Below, piece by piece: positions 31,227-42,046 of a stretch of 64,000 nucleotides of DNA. The stretch is taken from contig JBJBEO010000001.1 of the NCBI GenBank assembly GCA_047284725.1, forward strand, positions 672,001-736,000, in the 5' to 3' direction. How positions within the stretch are numbered: the stretch's first letter is position 1; the number at the start of each line of letters is the position of its first letter. The notes beneath the pieces were generated by a model. That model was not told the DNA's origin and made no database searches. It saw nothing but the letters and a program-made list of their open reading frames with translations. The stretch is from Synechococcus sp. GTDB taxonomy: Bacteria; Cyanobacteriota; Cyanobacteriia; PCC-6307; Cyanobiaceae. The position numbers and the translations under genes were made by a program.

Positions 31227-32168
31227 ATGGCCTCTCTGGCAGCCTCTCTCGCAGACTCACAGCGACGTCGAAGTAGCGATCCGATCAGCTGGTACCTCGC
31301 CACGATCGGGCGGATTCCCCTTCTCACTCCCTCTGAGGAGATTGAACTGGGCAATCAGGTTCAAGTCATGATGACGCTCACAGAGGATGGCACGATCGCT
31401 CCTGATAGCGATCAGTTCAGCTCGAAAGACCGGCGCATGATCCGTGTTGGTCGTCGAGCCAAGGAACGAATGATGAAGGCCAACCTTCGCCTTGTGGTGA
31501 GTGTGGCCAAGAAGTACCAGGGCAAGGGTCTGGAGCTTTTGGATCTGATTCAGGAAGGGTCCCTGGGTCTAGAGCGGGCTGTTGAGAAATTCGATCCCAC
31601 CCGTGGTTATAAGTTTTCAACCTATGCCTTCTGGTGGATTCGCCAGAGCATGACCCGCGCCATTGCCTGTCAGTCGCGCACGATTCGCCTGCCGGTTCAT
31701 TTGAGTGAGCGGCTAACCACCATTCGCAAAGTGAGTCTTGATCTTGCTCACAAACTTGGTGCCATGCCTTCGCGCATAGAAATCGCTGAAGCGATGGATA
31801 TGCCCCTCGATGAGCTTGATTCGCTGCTGCGCCAGGCCCTCACCACCAGCAGTCTTGACGCCCCTGTGAATGGTGAGGAAGGCCGCAGCTTCCTGGGTGA
31901 TTTGATTGCTGACAGCTCCACCGATGAGCCCTTGGCGAAAGTGGAGCAGAGCATTTATCATGAGCAACTGGGACGCTGGCTCGGCCACCTCAGCGATCAG
32001 GAGCAACACGTGCTCAATCTGCGTTTTGGCCTGAATGGAAATGAACGGCACACTCTGGCGGAGATTGGGCGTCTGCTCGAGGTCTCGCGCGAGAGGGTGC
32101 GTCAGGTGGAGCTCAAGGCACTACGCAAGTTGCGCAATCTCACACGACGCATTCCTCCCCAGTTCTGA
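31227..32168 (+). CDS. Group 2 (RpoD-like) RNA polymerase sigma factor
   Basis: ANLRLVVSVAKKY, DLIQEG, KFSTYAFWWIRQ and SRERVRQVE motifs; lacks region 1.1. Confidence 0.95.
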   Translation: MASLAASLADSQRRRSSDPISWYLATIGRIPLLTPSEEIELGNQVQVMMTLTEDGTIAPDSDQFSSKDRRMIRVGRRAKERMMKANLRLVVSVAKKYQGKGLELLDLIQEGSLGLERAVEKFDPTRGYKFSTYAFWWIRQSMTRAIACQSRTIRLPVHLSERLTTIRKVSLDLAHKLGAMPSRIEIAEAMDMPLDELDSLLRQALTTSSLDAPVNGEEGRSFLGDLIADSSTDEPLAKVEQSIYHEQLGRWLGHLSDQEQHVLNLRFGLNGNERHTLAEIGRLLEVSRERVRQVELKALRKLRNLTRRIPPQF

Positions 32169-32178
32169 TCGGACCAAC

Positions 32179-32213
32179 CAAGAAGCTCGGCTTGTCTCAA
32201 GCCGAGCTTCTTG
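32179..32213. terminator. 16-bp perfect hairpin between the convergent sigma factor gene and pdhA
   Basis: CAAGAAGCTCGGCTTG-TCT-CAAGCCGAGCTTCTTG. Confidence 0.7.
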
Positions 32214-32246
32214 AAGAAGGTAATTGAGTGAGGGCTGGCGACTGAA

Positions 32247-33338
32247 TCAGTCTTCGGCCCAGATGTAGCGCGTGAGTTCAGCGCTGTCGGGTTCAGGGGC
32301 ACTGAGAGCGAATTCAACGCAGTCCTGGACCTCAGCATCGATTTCTTTTTCGATGGCACGCAGATCGTCGCTGCTCACCAGCCCCGCGGAGGTGAGATCA
32401 CGTTCGAGCGCTTTGATCGGATCGCGTTGCGCCCAGAACTGTTTCTCCTCTTCAGCTCTGAGCTCGTCGGGGTCGGCCAGGGAGTGACCTCGGAACCGGT
32501 AGGTGAGGCATTCGAGCAAGGTTGGACCTTCACCAGCCCGGGCTCGAGCAACGGCTCGCTCAGTGGCAGCGCGAACGGCCAGCACATCCATGCCGTCGAC
32601 CTCTTCTCCGGCCATGCCGAAGGCAGCTGCTTTGCGCCAGATCTCCGGTTCACTCGTGGCGCGGTTGTGGTCCATGCCAATGGCCCACTTGTTGTTCTCC
32701 ACCACAAAAATGATGGGCAGCTTCCAAAGCTGCGCCATGTTCAGGCATTCGTAAAACTGGCCGATGTTGCAGGTGCCATCGCCGAAGAAGGCTGCGGTCA
32801 CCGCATCACTGCTCGCTTCTCCGAGTGCATCACGTTTGTAGCGGCTGGTGAAGGCAGCACCGAGGGCCACAGGAATGCCTTCCCCGATGAAGGCGTAACC
32901 GCCAAGAAGATGATGATCCTTGGAGAAGAGGTGCATGGAACCGCCCCGGCCTTTGCTGCAACCGGTTTCTTTCCCGAACAGCTCGCTCATCACTTCCCTG
33001 GCGGGGACCCCTGCACTGAGAGCATGCACGTGATCGCGGTAGGTGCTGCAGAACCAGTCGTGCTGACGCTTCATGGCACCGATCACGCCGGTGCTCACCG
33101 CTTCCTGCCCGTTGTAGAGGTGCACGAAGCCAAACATCTTGCCTCGGTAATACATTTCGGCGCACTTGTCTTCGAAGCGTCGCCCCAGGGTCATGTCGCG
33201 ATAGAGGGCCAGACCGGTCTCGCGATCCACACTGGCGCGACTGACGGTGACCAGGCTGGAAAGTCGCTCAGCATGAGCACCGGTGAGGTTCGTGCCGGAC
33301 GGCTTCAGCTGGGTCTCCATTGCGATGTCCTGGCCCAT
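32247..33338 (-). CDS. pdhA: Pyruvate dehydrogenase E1 alpha subunit
   Basis: [24 protein letters not shown] and [11 protein letters not shown] motifs. Confidence 0.97.
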   Translation of the reverse strand: MGQDIAMETQLKPSGTNLTGAHAERLSSLVTVSRASVDRETGLALYRDMTLGRRFEDKCAEMYYRGKMFGFVHLYNGQEAVSTGVIGAMKRQHDWFCSTYRDHVHALSAGVPAREVMSELFGKETGCSKGRGGSMHLFSKDHHLLGGYAFIGEGIPVALGAAFTSRYKRDALGEASSDAVTAAFFGDGTCNIGQFYECLNMAQLWKLPIIFVVENNKWAIGMDHNRATSEPEIWRKAAAFGMAGEEVDGMDVLAVRAATERAVARARAGEGPTLLECLTYRFRGHSLADPDELRAEEEKQFWAQRDPIKALERDLTSAGLVSSDDLRAIEKEIDAEVQDCVEFALSAPEPDSAELTRYIWAED

Positions 33339-33445
33339 GACACGCCACTCATTGAGGACTGACTGTAAGGGTCAGAGGAGGATCGTTGGGCAAAAACCCT
33401 GATTCTGCCTACAGTCTGCTGCCAAAGGTTGGAACCGCAGACCAG

Positions 33446-35539
33446 GTGGAATTGCCGATTGATCATTTCCGCCTTCTGGGCGTAAGCCCCTCGTCGGTAG
33501 ACGAGACCATGCTTCGCACGCTTCAACTGCGCATTGACCGTCCGCCCGGTCAGGGGTTCACCCATGAAGCATTGCAGCAGCGGGCTGAGTTATTGCGGCT
33601 TTCGGCCGATCTGCTCACCGATCATCAGCGCCGAGCCGACTATGAGGCGGCACTGCTGAATCTGGGCCGTGAACATCCTGGTGAAACGGCTGGTTTGGAG
33701 CTGTCCTCCAGTCGGGAGGTGGCGGGTCTGATGTTGCTCTGGGAAGCCAGTGCTCCCCATGAGGCGTTCCAGTTGGCCCGGCAGGCGCTGCAGCCCCCTC
33801 AGGCTCCTGCCCTCGGCAGCAATCGTGAAGCCGATCTCACCCTCCTCGCTGCATTGTCTTGCCGCGATGCATCGCGGCAAGACCAGGAGGCCCGTCGTTA
33901 CGAGTCCGCGGCCGGACTGCTGATGGAGGGCCTGCAATTGCTTCAAAGGGTGGGCAAATTGCCCGATCAACGGCAGGCGATCGAGCAGGAGTTGCTCGCG
34001 CTCACGCCCTACCGCATCCTTGATCTGCTCAGTCGCGATCTGGCTGAGGAGAGCGCGCGCCAGCAAGGCCTGCAGATGCTGGATCAGTTGGTGGGCGAGC
34101 GGGGTGGCCTTGAGGGAAGTGGTCGGGCCATCGATGCTGAGGGCCTGAGTCAGGGCGAGTTCGAACTGTTCTTCCAGCAGATTCGCCGCTTCCTCACCGT
34201 GCAGGAGCAACTTGATCTTTACCAGCGCTGGCAACGCATCGGCTCCGTCGATGCGGCTTTCCTGGCGGTGATGGCTCTGACGGCTTCAGGCTTTTCGCGT
34301 CGCAAACCGGAGCGGCTGGATGAAGCGCGTCAGCGTCTTGATGCCTTGTCTCTTGCCGAGCTGGATCTCATGCCATTGCAGGGATGCCTTGACCTGTTGC
34401 TCGGCGATGTGGATCGCGCCCAAAGCAGGGTGACGTCGTCGTCGGATCCAGAGCTGCAGCAGTGGTTGCTCAAACACCCTGGCGATGACCTCGCAGCGCT
34501 CTGTGATTACTGTCGTGCCTGGCTTCGTCGCGACGTGTTGCCAGGATTCCGCGACGTGGATGCGGAGGCAGTTGATCTCGAGGCCTGGTTTGCCGATCGC
34601 GATGTACAGGCTTTCGTGGAACGGCTCGAGCGAATCGAGCACCGTCAGCGCAGCCAGGCAGATGGGGCTGCATGGGTGCCCGGCGCAGGTGAAGAGCCGT
34701 TCTCGGCCTTCCCTCTTGATTCGGATGGAACTATTCCACTCCCTGTGTTGGAGGAGGACGTCCCCCTCGATCAGGAGCTGGATGAAGTCGAAGATCCTGT
34801 GTCGTGGCGTGAGCGTCTGCGTAAGAGACTGGCTTCGCTTGCTCGGCCTCGATGGTCGATGCCGGCCCTCTCGCTCCCTCGGCCAGCGGTTGATCTGCGG
34901 GCCCTGCCTCCAGTCAGTCGCCCTGTCCTGATCGGGTCTGCCGCGTTGGCGGGTGTGGCGGTGCTCGTGGGTGTTTTCGGCCTGGTTGGATTGCGGCGTG
35001 AGGCTGCCTCCACCGCCGAGGCTGAATCGCCAACACAGCAGATCTCGGCTCCCGCAGAGCAGTCGTCCCCAGCATCAACTCCCGAGGCTCCGTTGCCTCA
35101 TGCCAAGTTGCAGCCCGCAAGCGACAGAACTCCTGTGGCCATGGTGCTGGAGGCCGATGAGCCTTCCCTGGAGCAACTCCAGGACCTGTTGCAGGCCTGG
35201 CTCAACCGTAAGGCGATCGTTCTGGCTGGTGGCTCTCTGCAGGAGGCTCGCCTTGCCGATGTGGCCCGTAGAGGTCTGCTCGCTCAGGTGCAGGAGGAAC
35301 GGGCCCGGGATGCGGCTGCTGGAACAACGCAGGTGGTCAAGGCGAGCATCACATCTGCAGACCTGGTGAGCCTTGCTGCCAATCGCATTGAACTGAGGGC
35401 TCAGGTGGCCTACAGCGATCAACGCCTTGATGCCGCCGGCAACGTGATTGACACCACTGCAGCTGGAACGTTGCCAGTCACCTATGTGCTCGGCCGGGAC
35501 GGCAAACGCTGGCGTCTCCATGCCTATGTCCCCAGCTGA
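33446..35539 (+). CDS. ftn2: Cell division protein Ftn2/ZipN (ARC6 homologue)
   Basis: MELPIDHFRLLGV J-like N-terminus, single TM helix, C-terminal IMS/DUF4101-like domain. Confidence 0.87.
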   Translation: MELPIDHFRLLGVSPSSVDETMLRTLQLRIDRPPGQGFTHEALQQRAELLRLSADLLTDHQRRADYEAALLNLGREHPGETAGLELSSSREVAGLMLLWEASAPHEAFQLARQALQPPQAPALGSNREADLTLLAALSCRDASRQDQEARRYESAAGLLMEGLQLLQRVGKLPDQRQAIEQELLALTPYRILDLLSRDLAEESARQQGLQMLDQLVGERGGLEGSGRAIDAEGLSQGEFELFFQQIRRFLTVQEQLDLYQRWQRIGSVDAAFLAVMALTASGFSRRKPERLDEARQRLDALSLAELDLMPLQGCLDLLLGDVDRAQSRVTSSSDPELQQWLLKHPGDDLAALCDYCRAWLRRDVLPGFRDVDAEAVDLEAWFADRDVQAFVERLERIEHRQRSQADGAAWVPGAGEEPFSAFPLDSDGTIPLPVLEEDVPLDQELDEVEDPVSWRERLRKRLASLARPRWSMPALSLPRPAVDLRALPPVSRPVLIGSAALAGVAVLVGVFGLVGLRREAASTAEAESPTQQISAPAEQSSPASTPEAPLPHAKLQPASDRTPVAMVLEADEPSLEQLQDLLQAWLNRKAIVLAGGSLQEARLADVARRGLLAQVQEERARDAAAGTTQVVKASITSADLVSLAANRIELRAQVAYSDQRLDAAGNVIDTTAAGTLPVTYVLGRDGKRWRLHAYVPS

Positions 35540-35668
35540 CGTTCTCCGGTTGGTGGGTCGCCCTGGGACGGCTTCAACGGACTGCAAGCCAATGGCATTG
35601 CCGCTGATTCGCAGGCATGAGGATGGCGGCTTTTAGCATCAACGCTTCACCGTCTACGGATCACTTCC

Positions 35669-37147
35669 ATGTTCGATGAGCTGTCAGCCCGCTTGGAAGA
35701 TGCGGTCAAGGGGCTGAGGGGTCAGGACAAGATCTCCGAAACCAACGTGGAGGGAGCCCTCAAAGAGGTGCGCCGCGCCTTGCTTGAGGCCGACGTGAGC
35801 CTGCCGGTGGTCAAGGACTTCGTGGCGGAGGTGCGTGAGAAAGCCGTTGGTGCTGAGGTGGTGCGCGGGGTGAGCCCCGACCAGAAGTTCATCCAGGTGG
35901 TGCACGAGCAACTGGTGGATGTGATGGGCGGCGGGAATGCGCCCCTCGCCAAGGCCCACCAGGCCCCCACGGTGGTTCTGATGGCTGGTCTGCAGGGCGC
36001 CGGAAAGACGACGGCGACTGCCAAGCTCGGTCTTCACCTCAAAGATCAGGGCCGCCGGGCCCTGATGGTGGGGGCCGACGTGTATCGCCCTGCGGCGATT
36101 GAGCAGCTGCGCACCCTCGGTGAACAGATAGGTGTTGATGTCTTCAGCCTCGGCGCTGAGGCCAAACCCGAAGACATTGCCGCCGCCGGTTTGGCGAAGG
36201 CCAGAGAGGGGGGGTACGACACCCTGCTGGTGGATACAGCTGGTCGTCTCCAGATCGATACCTCGATGATGGAGGAGATGGTGCGGATCCGTTCCGCCGT
36301 GCAGCCCGATGAGGTGCTGCTCGTGGTGGATTCGATGATCGGCCAGGAGGCGGCCGAGCTCACCCGCGCCTTCCATGACCAGGTGGGCATCACTGGAGCG
36401 GTGCTCACCAAGCTCGACGGCGATTCCCGTGGTGGTGCAGCCCTTTCCATCCGCAAGGTGAGCGGTCAGCCGATCAAGTTCATCGGTACCGGCGAGAAAG
36501 TGGAGGCGTTGCAGCCGTTTCATCCCGAGCGGATGGCCAGCCGCATCCTTGGCATGGGTGATGTGCTCACCCTGGTCGAGAAAGCCCAGAAGGAGGTGGA
36601 GCTCGCCGACGTCGAAAAGATGCAGAAAAAGCTGCAGGAGGCGTCGTTTGATTTTTCCGACTTTCTTCAGCAGATGCGCCTGATCAAGCGCATGGGCTCC
36701 CTGGGCGGGTTGATGAAAATGATCCCAGGCATGAACAAGCTCGACGACGGCATGCTCAAGCAGGGCGAGCAGCAGCTCAAGAAGATCGAGGCGATGATCG
36801 GTTCCATGACAGCAGCCGAGCGCACGCAGCCGGAGCTTCTGGCGGCCCAGCCGTCCCGTCGTCGTCGCATCGCCGCCGGTTGTGGCTACCAGCCCGCAGA
36901 TGTCGACAAGGTGCTGGCTGATTTCCAGAAAATGCGTGGCTTCATGCAGCAGATGACCCAAGGCGGTGGGATGCCCGGAATGGCAGGAGGCATGCCTGGG
37001 ATGCCCGGCATGGGTGGCTTCCCTGGCATGGGTGGTGGCATGCCCGGGATGGGCATGCCTGGCATGGGTGGTGGTGGTCCCCGTGGTGGTGGGGCGCCAC
37101 GCCGCCAGCGTCCGGTCAAGAAGAAGAAGGGGTTCGGTGACCTCTGA
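35669..37147 (+). CDS. ffh: Signal recognition particle protein
   Basis: [19 protein letters not shown] and RILGMGD motifs; Gly/Met-rich tail. Confidence 0.98.
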   Translation: MFDELSARLEDAVKGLRGQDKISETNVEGALKEVRRALLEADVSLPVVKDFVAEVREKAVGAEVVRGVSPDQKFIQVVHEQLVDVMGGGNAPLAKAHQAPTVVLMAGLQGAGKTTATAKLGLHLKDQGRRALMVGADVYRPAAIEQLRTLGEQIGVDVFSLGAEAKPEDIAAAGLAKAREGGYDTLLVDTAGRLQIDTSMMEEMVRIRSAVQPDEVLLVVDSMIGQEAAELTRAFHDQVGITGAVLTKLDGDSRGGAALSIRKVSGQPIKFIGTGEKVEALQPFHPERMASRILGMGDVLTLVEKAQKEVELADVEKMQKKLQEASFDFSDFLQQMRLIKRMGSLGGLMKMIPGMNKLDDGMLKQGEQQLKKIEAMIGSMTAAERTQPELLAAQPSRRRRIAAGCGYQPADVDKVLADFQKMRGFMQQMTQGGGMPGMAGGMPGMPGMGGFPGMGGGMPGMGMPGMGGGGPRGGGAPRRQRPVKKKKGFGDL

Positions 37148-37223
37148 TAGGCAGCAGGGTATTGTTGCTGTTTGGCACGCGATTTTTGATCCGGGCCGAG
37201 TTCCATTACCTAGCAGCGCCACA

Positions 37224-37622
37224 ATGATCAAGCTCCGCCTGAAGCGGTTCGGTAAGAAGCGGGAAGCGAGCTTCCGTCTTGTGGCCTGCAACAGCACGTC
37301 CCGTCGTGACGGTCGCCCCTTGGAAGAGCTGGGCTTCTATAACCCCCGCACTAAGGAGACCCGTCTTGATGCAGAGGGTCTGCGCAACCGCTTGAGCCAG
37401 GGTGCTCAGCCCACCGATGCGGTGCGTTCTCTGCTTGAGAAGGGTGGTCTGCTCGAGAAGACCGTTCGTCCCGCCGAAGTGGTTGGCAAGCTCAAGCAAG
37501 CTGCTGCCCGTGAGGCTGCTGCCAAGCAGGCGGCCAAAGAGGCGGCTGAGGCCAAGGCTGCCGCTGCAGCAGAAGCTGCTGCTTCCGAAGGGGAAGCTGC
37601 TGAAGCCGCTCCTGAGGCCTGA
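37224..37622 (+). CDS. rpsP: 30S ribosomal protein S16
   Basis: [33 protein letters not shown]; Ala-rich C-terminal extension. Confidence 0.97.
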   Translation: MIKLRLKRFGKKREASFRLVACNSTSRRDGRPLEELGFYNPRTKETRLDAEGLRNRLSQGAQPTDAVRSLLEKGGLLEKTVRPAEVVGKLKQAAAREAAAKQAAKEAAEAKAAAAAEAAASEGEAAEAAPEA

Positions 37623-37630
37623 TCAGCCTG

Positions 37631-38647
37631 ATGGCCGAGGTTTCAGTTCCCGGCCGTTTCGTTTTTGATCTCCCCACTCCAGAAGCTGCTCTGGCCTTGG
37701 CCGGATCTTCTGAACAGACCCTGCGTCAGCTCGAAGCCCTTACAGGGGTTTCTTTGGTGATGCGGGGTCTTCAGCTTGAGATCACCGGTCGGCCGACTCA
37801 ACTGGAACGAGCCTCAGCGGTGGTTGAGTTGCTGCGTTCCCTCTGGGAGGGCGGTGAAACGGTTTCGCCCGTTGATCTGCAGGCAGCAATGCAGGCACTC
37901 GACACCGGCCGCAACCAGGACCACCAGGCGATGGGGCAACAGGTGCTGGCCCGCAGCCAGCGCGGCAACCTGTTGCGACCCCGCACCTTGCGCCAGAAGT
38001 CCTACGTCGAGGCGATGGAACGCCACGACCTCACCTTCGCTCTTGGCCCAGCTGGCACGGGTAAAACGTTTTTGGCCACAGTGCTGGCCGTGCGCATGCT
38101 CACCGAGCGCAAGGTGGAGCGGTTGATCCTCACGCGCCCAGCGGTGGAAGCCGGAGAGCGACTGGGCTTCCTACCCGGCGATCTCCAGCAGAAGGTGGAT
38201 CCTTATCTGCGCCCTCTTTATGACGCACTCCACTCCCTGCTTGGGCCAGAAAAAACCAGTGCCCTTCTAGAGAAAGGGGTGATTGAAGTGGCTCCTTTGG
38301 CTTACATGCGTGGCCGCACCTTGGCGGAAGCCTTCGTGATTCTCGACGAGGCACAAAACACCACCCCGGCCCAGATGCGCATGGTGCTCACCCGACTCGG
38401 TGAACGCTCTCGCATGGTGGTGACGGGAGATATCACCCAGGTGGATCTGCCGCCCGGCCAGCTCAGTGGTCTGGTGGAGGCATCGCAGGTGCTCGAAGGC
38501 GTTGAGGGGGTGGCGGTCTGCAAGCTCACCTCCGCCGATGTGGTGCGCCATCCCCTGGTGCAACGGGTGGTTGAGGCCTATGCGAAACGAGATAAGGCCA
38601 CCGGCGGCCCACCAGCTTCGATGCCAAGGCCGCGCCGGGCCTCTTGA
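37631..38647 (+). CDS. phoH: PhoH family ATPase
   Basis: GPAGTGKT, RPAVEAGERLGFLPGD, YMRGRT and LDEAQN motifs. Confidence 0.95.
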   Translation: MAEVSVPGRFVFDLPTPEAALALAGSSEQTLRQLEALTGVSLVMRGLQLEITGRPTQLERASAVVELLRSLWEGGETVSPVDLQAAMQALDTGRNQDHQAMGQQVLARSQRGNLLRPRTLRQKSYVEAMERHDLTFALGPAGTGKTFLATVLAVRMLTERKVERLILTRPAVEAGERLGFLPGDLQQKVDPYLRPLYDALHSLLGPEKTSALLEKGVIEVAPLAYMRGRTLAEAFVILDEAQNTTPAQMRMVLTRLGERSRMVVTGDITQVDLPPGQLSGLVEASQVLEGVEGVAVCKLTSADVVRHPLVQRVVEAYAKRDKATGGPPASMPRPRRAS

Positions 38648-38736
38648 TCCTGTCCCCTTGATGGGGAGATCCGCACCTGAGTTCTGTCCACAACCTTGTC
38701 AAGGCTGGCAAAGTGACCGTAGTGATCTGGGGCGAC

Positions 38737-39471
38737 ATGCCAGCCAGCAGCAATTTCCAGGAGGCCATCCGCGAGGCGCAGTCGAGCGCGCTTGTGGGGC
38801 CCAACGTAGTCAACAAGGCTCTCCCTTACGTCGGCGGAGGCATGGTGCTCACCGCCGGCGGCGTGCTGGGAGGCATGGCCACCATGGCTTCGATCGGTTA
38901 TTCAGCGTTCAACGGCCTGTCCCTGGTCGCGATCATTCCCTGGTTCATTCTTTTCTTCGTTGCCCAGAACGCAGCGAACAAGGCCAACAACGGCACGGCC
39001 CTGCCGTTGATGGCCACCTTCAGTCTGCTCACCGGTTTCACCATGACCGGTCTGGTGGTTCAGGCCATCGCCGTGGCGGGCGCTGCCTCGATCGGAATCG
39101 CCGCCCTTGCCACGGGCATCACATTTGCTGTGGCTTCCGTGTTCGGACGCCGCATGAGTGACAGCGTCGGCCAGGCACTCACCTCGGTGGTCAGACTCGG
39201 CTTGATCGGCTTGGTGATTGCGATGGTGTGCATCATGATTGCCGGTTTCTTCATCCCCGGCCTCTACGCAGCCACCAACCTCGCGATCGCTGGTTTCGGC
39301 ACGATCCTGTTTGTGGGTATGGCCTTCGTGGACTTCTACACGATGCCCCGAACGTATCGGGATGATCAGTATCTGTCGGGTGCCCTCGGCATGTACCTGA
39401 CCTACATCAACCTGTTCATCTTTGTGCTTCGTTTGATCATTGCCCTTCAGGGCGGCGGCCGCCGCGACTGA
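38737..39471 (+). CDS. Bax inhibitor-1/YccA family membrane protein
   Basis: About seven TM helices; C-terminal ALGMYLTYINLFIFVLRL. Confidence 0.9.
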   Translation: MPASSNFQEAIREAQSSALVGPNVVNKALPYVGGGMVLTAGGVLGGMATMASIGYSAFNGLSLVAIIPWFILFFVAQNAANKANNGTALPLMATFSLLTGFTMTGLVVQAIAVAGAASIGIAALATGITFAVASVFGRRMSDSVGQALTSVVRLGLIGLVIAMVCIMIAGFFIPGLYAATNLAIAGFGTILFVGMAFVDFYTMPRTYRDDQYLSGALGMYLTYINLFIFVLRLIIALQGGGRRD

Positions 39472-39506
39472 TCAGCTCGCTGCAATCAAGCGTTGTCAAC
39501 TCATGC

Positions 39507-39531
39507 ACCCCGGCCGAGGCCGGGGTTTTTT
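39507..39531 (+). terminator. Rho-independent terminator
   Basis: ACCCCGGCC-GA-GGCCGGGGT followed by a T-tract. Confidence 0.75.
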
Positions 39532-39541
39532 GTGCAGCTTG

Positions 39542-40060
39542 TCAGTCGGCCACCGCTTCAATCGCTGCATGGATCGCTGCTTTTTGCTCGGCGTTGTAGC
39601 CCCAGCGCTCCAGAAAACTCACGTCCTCTCCACGGTTATGGGCAGCCGCCTCCAACAAAGTCTCGAGGCGCTCCTTGACGTGCTGCGATTCGAGCTGGCG
39701 CAGCAGTTCCATGCAGCGTGTGTTGACCCGTTCGGAGCCAGCGGCTTGCGTGTCGTCACCACTGGCGCGGTGGTGCACAACCATGGCGGCACTCATGGCA
39801 AGGTTGCGTGCCATCAGGTCGACAACCCCATCTCCGGCCTCGCGCAATTTGTGAATCAGCGCCTCGGGTAAGCGATCCATCAAGGCACTGTCGCCGGCCA
39901 GGCTCACCACAAAAAAACCTCGGGCTCCATCGCGACTGGCCACCAATTCACCGACGCGGTCGGCCAGCACCTCATCACTGATCTCTTCGTCATCCCATTG
40001 CTTCAGCCATCCGGCGGCGAACTCCATCGCCTGCTGGAAACTGGGCTCAAGCATGGTCAT
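39542..40060 (-). CDS. Conserved hypothetical cyanobacterial protein
   Basis: 172-aa ORF containing DGARGFFV, NLAMSAAM and FLERWGY. Confidence 0.8.
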   Translation of the reverse strand: MTMLEPSFQQAMEFAAGWLKQWDDEEISDEVLADRVGELVASRDGARGFFVVSLAGDSALMDRLPEALIHKLREAGDGVVDLMARNLAMSAAMVVHHRASGDDTQAAGSERVNTRCMELLRQLESQHVKERLETLLEAAAHNRGEDVSFLERWGYNAEQKAAIHAAIEAVAD

Positions 40061-40138
40061 TGGTGGGATCCGGTAAGACTGATCAAGCCTATGGGCTGGT
40101 GAGCTGAGAGGCTGGAGTGAAGCGCTGAGAGCGGTGGG

Positions 40139-41086
40139 ATGGGTGAAACGGCTCCTGATCAGCCGGAGGTGTTCCGTTCCGGCTTTGTGGCGTTGATCGG
40201 TCGGCCCAACGTGGGCAAATCAACCCTGGTCAACCAACTGGTGGGCGACAAGGTTGCGATCACCTCGCCCGTGGCCCAAACCACCCGCAATCGCCTGCGA
40301 GCCATCCTCACCACGACAACGGCCCAGTTGATCCTGGTGGATACCCCTGGGATCCACAAACCCCATCACTTGCTCGGGGAGCGCCTGGTGCAGAGCGCCC
40401 GGGCGGCGATCGGGGAGGTGGATCAAGTGTTGTTGTTGCTGGAGGGGTGTGAGCAGCCAGGCAAGGGTGACGCCTTCATCGTCAACCTGCTTCAGCAGCA
40501 GCGCCTGCCGGTGCAAGTCGTGCTGAACAAGTGGGATCGGGTGCCTGTGGAGACGCGACCCGAAGCGGATGCGGCTTACCGCGAACTGCTCAGCGCGACC
40601 AATTGGCCGCTGCACCACTGCAGCGCGCTGAGCGGCGAAGGCTGCCCAGATCTGGTGGAGGCCATCAGTGCCCAGATGCCCGAAGGGCCGCAGCTCTATC
40701 CACCCGACATGGTGAGCGATCAGCCGGAACGGTTGCTGATGGCGGAGCTGATTCGCGAGCAGGTGTTGACCCACACCCGAGAAGAGGTGCCCCACAGCGT
40801 GGCGGTGCAGATCGAGCGGGTGGAAGACATGCCGTCGAAGGGCAAAGGCGCCAAACCCCGCACCGCCGTTCTGGCCACGGTGCTTGTGGAGCGTAAGAGT
40901 CAGAAGGGCATTCTGATCGGGAAAGGGGGCGCCATGCTCAAAACCATCGGCCAGGGGGCAAGGCTTCAAATGCAGACCTTGATTGATGGTCCTGTGTATC
41001 TGGAGTTGTTCGTGAAGGTGGTGCCCAATTGGCGTACCAGTGCTGCCAAGCTCAATGAACTCGGTTACAGCGAAGAGCGGATTTAA
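40139..41086 (+). CDS. era: GTPase Era
   Basis: GRPNVGKST, QTTR, DTPG, NKWD motifs; KH domain IGKGG. Confidence 0.97.
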   Translation: MGETAPDQPEVFRSGFVALIGRPNVGKSTLVNQLVGDKVAITSPVAQTTRNRLRAILTTTTAQLILVDTPGIHKPHHLLGERLVQSARAAIGEVDQVLLLLEGCEQPGKGDAFIVNLLQQQRLPVQVVLNKWDRVPVETRPEADAAYRELLSATNWPLHHCSALSGEGCPDLVEAISAQMPEGPQLYPPDMVSDQPERLLMAELIREQVLTHTREEVPHSVAVQIERVEDMPSKGKGAKPRTAVLATVLVERKSQKGILIGKGGAMLKTIGQGARLQMQTLIDGPVYLELFVKVVPNWRTSAAKLNELGYSEERI

Positions 41087-41262
41087 GGGCCGGTGAGTTT
41101 CCAGCGCACGGGCTGCCAGCGGCCAGCCGTGCAGGTGGCTGAGACCGTGCGTGATTGGACGACATGATTGGGTTTAGGCACCGCTGGCCACAGCTGTGAG
41201 CTGTTCTGCTGATGGTTCTGCCACCAGACAGGGTTAGAACTGAATCAAGAACGATTGTACTA

Positions 41263-41544
41263 ATGAGCGCAGGCTGCGAAGGGGGGCGAAGGTCACCCGA
41301 CAACATCATTCATGCAGAAGCCCGGTTTCTGGATGTCATGCCTGGGCAGTTTGTTTTGGTGCAGCAGTCGGCTGTGCAGAGCGATTGGTGGATGGGGCAG
41401 GTGGTGGGTTGCATGGGCAACGCCGACAAGGCGAGGGGAAGTGCGTGGTTTCAGATCGCCGATGTGGATGGTTGGGCAAAGCGTTGGGTGCAGGCCGACC
41501 AAGTGATCCACGTGGTGCATGGTTTGGATGGCTTGCTTGACTGA
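41263..41544 (+). CDS. DUF3104-like picocyanobacterial protein
   Basis: FLDVMPGQFVLV...WWMGQV...FQIADVDG..RWVQAD pattern. Confidence 0.7.
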   Translation: MSAGCEGGRRSPDNIIHAEARFLDVMPGQFVLVQQSAVQSDWWMGQVVGCMGNADKARGSAWFQIADVDGWAKRWVQADQVIHVVHGLDGLLD

Positions 41545-41618
41545 CGCAGCATTGCCAGCCTTCGAGAATGCCGACCCCTTCGGGGCAGGCCTACCGTTGC
41601 AATAGCGGTGGATTGGTG

Positions 41619-42041
41619 ATGACAGAGACAAACGATCGCCATCGATTGCAGACGTTCATCCCTTGGCTTGAAGCCAGGTTGCCGGTTGATCGCCGTTTCT
41701 ATGTGGTGATCACGGTGCTGTTCGGTCTCGTCGGCTACGCCTCAGGCGTCACGTTGCTGAGCCGGATCTCGCGGCCACCGGTCAACCTGGAGGAAAAGGC
41801 CCTCCCGCCCGTGGAAGGGGGGGCCAATCCGGTGCTGCCCCGCCCCGCTCCAGTCCAGTCTGAGGTCACCGCCAAGCCCGCGCTCCCCCCGGAGATCAAA
41901 TCGCCTGCGCCGGCTCTCGAGTTGAAACCTGCTCCGGTCCCCGATCGCTCCGAGTTCACCGAAGAGCAGAATTGCCTGATCTGGAAACGCACCTTCCCTG
42001 AGGCGGCGGCCAAGCTCAAGCCGGGTGATGCCTGTTACTGA
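41619..42041 (+). CDS. Hypothetical single-pass membrane protein with Pro-rich linker
   Basis: TM helix FYVVITVLFGLVGYASGV, Pro-rich stretch, C-terminal Cys pair. Confidence 0.65.
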   Translation: MTETNDRHRLQTFIPWLEARLPVDRRFYVVITVLFGLVGYASGVTLLSRISRPPVNLEEKALPPVEGGANPVLPRPAPVQSEVTAKPALPPEIKSPAPALELKPAPVPDRSEFTEEQNCLIWKRTFPEAAAKLKPGDACY

Positions 42042-42046
42042 AGTCT

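Noticed and set aside
36960..37095. GGCATG-rich repeats at the end of ffh
   Set aside because: They encode the ordinary Gly/Met/Pro-rich Ffh tail and are degenerate at the DNA level
35684..37297. Long antisense ORFs (537 aa here; also 7234-8613, 15274-16548, 47695-48930 and others)
   Set aside because: They mirror well-supported genes on the opposite strand, have no motifs, and are expected from GC-rich codon bias
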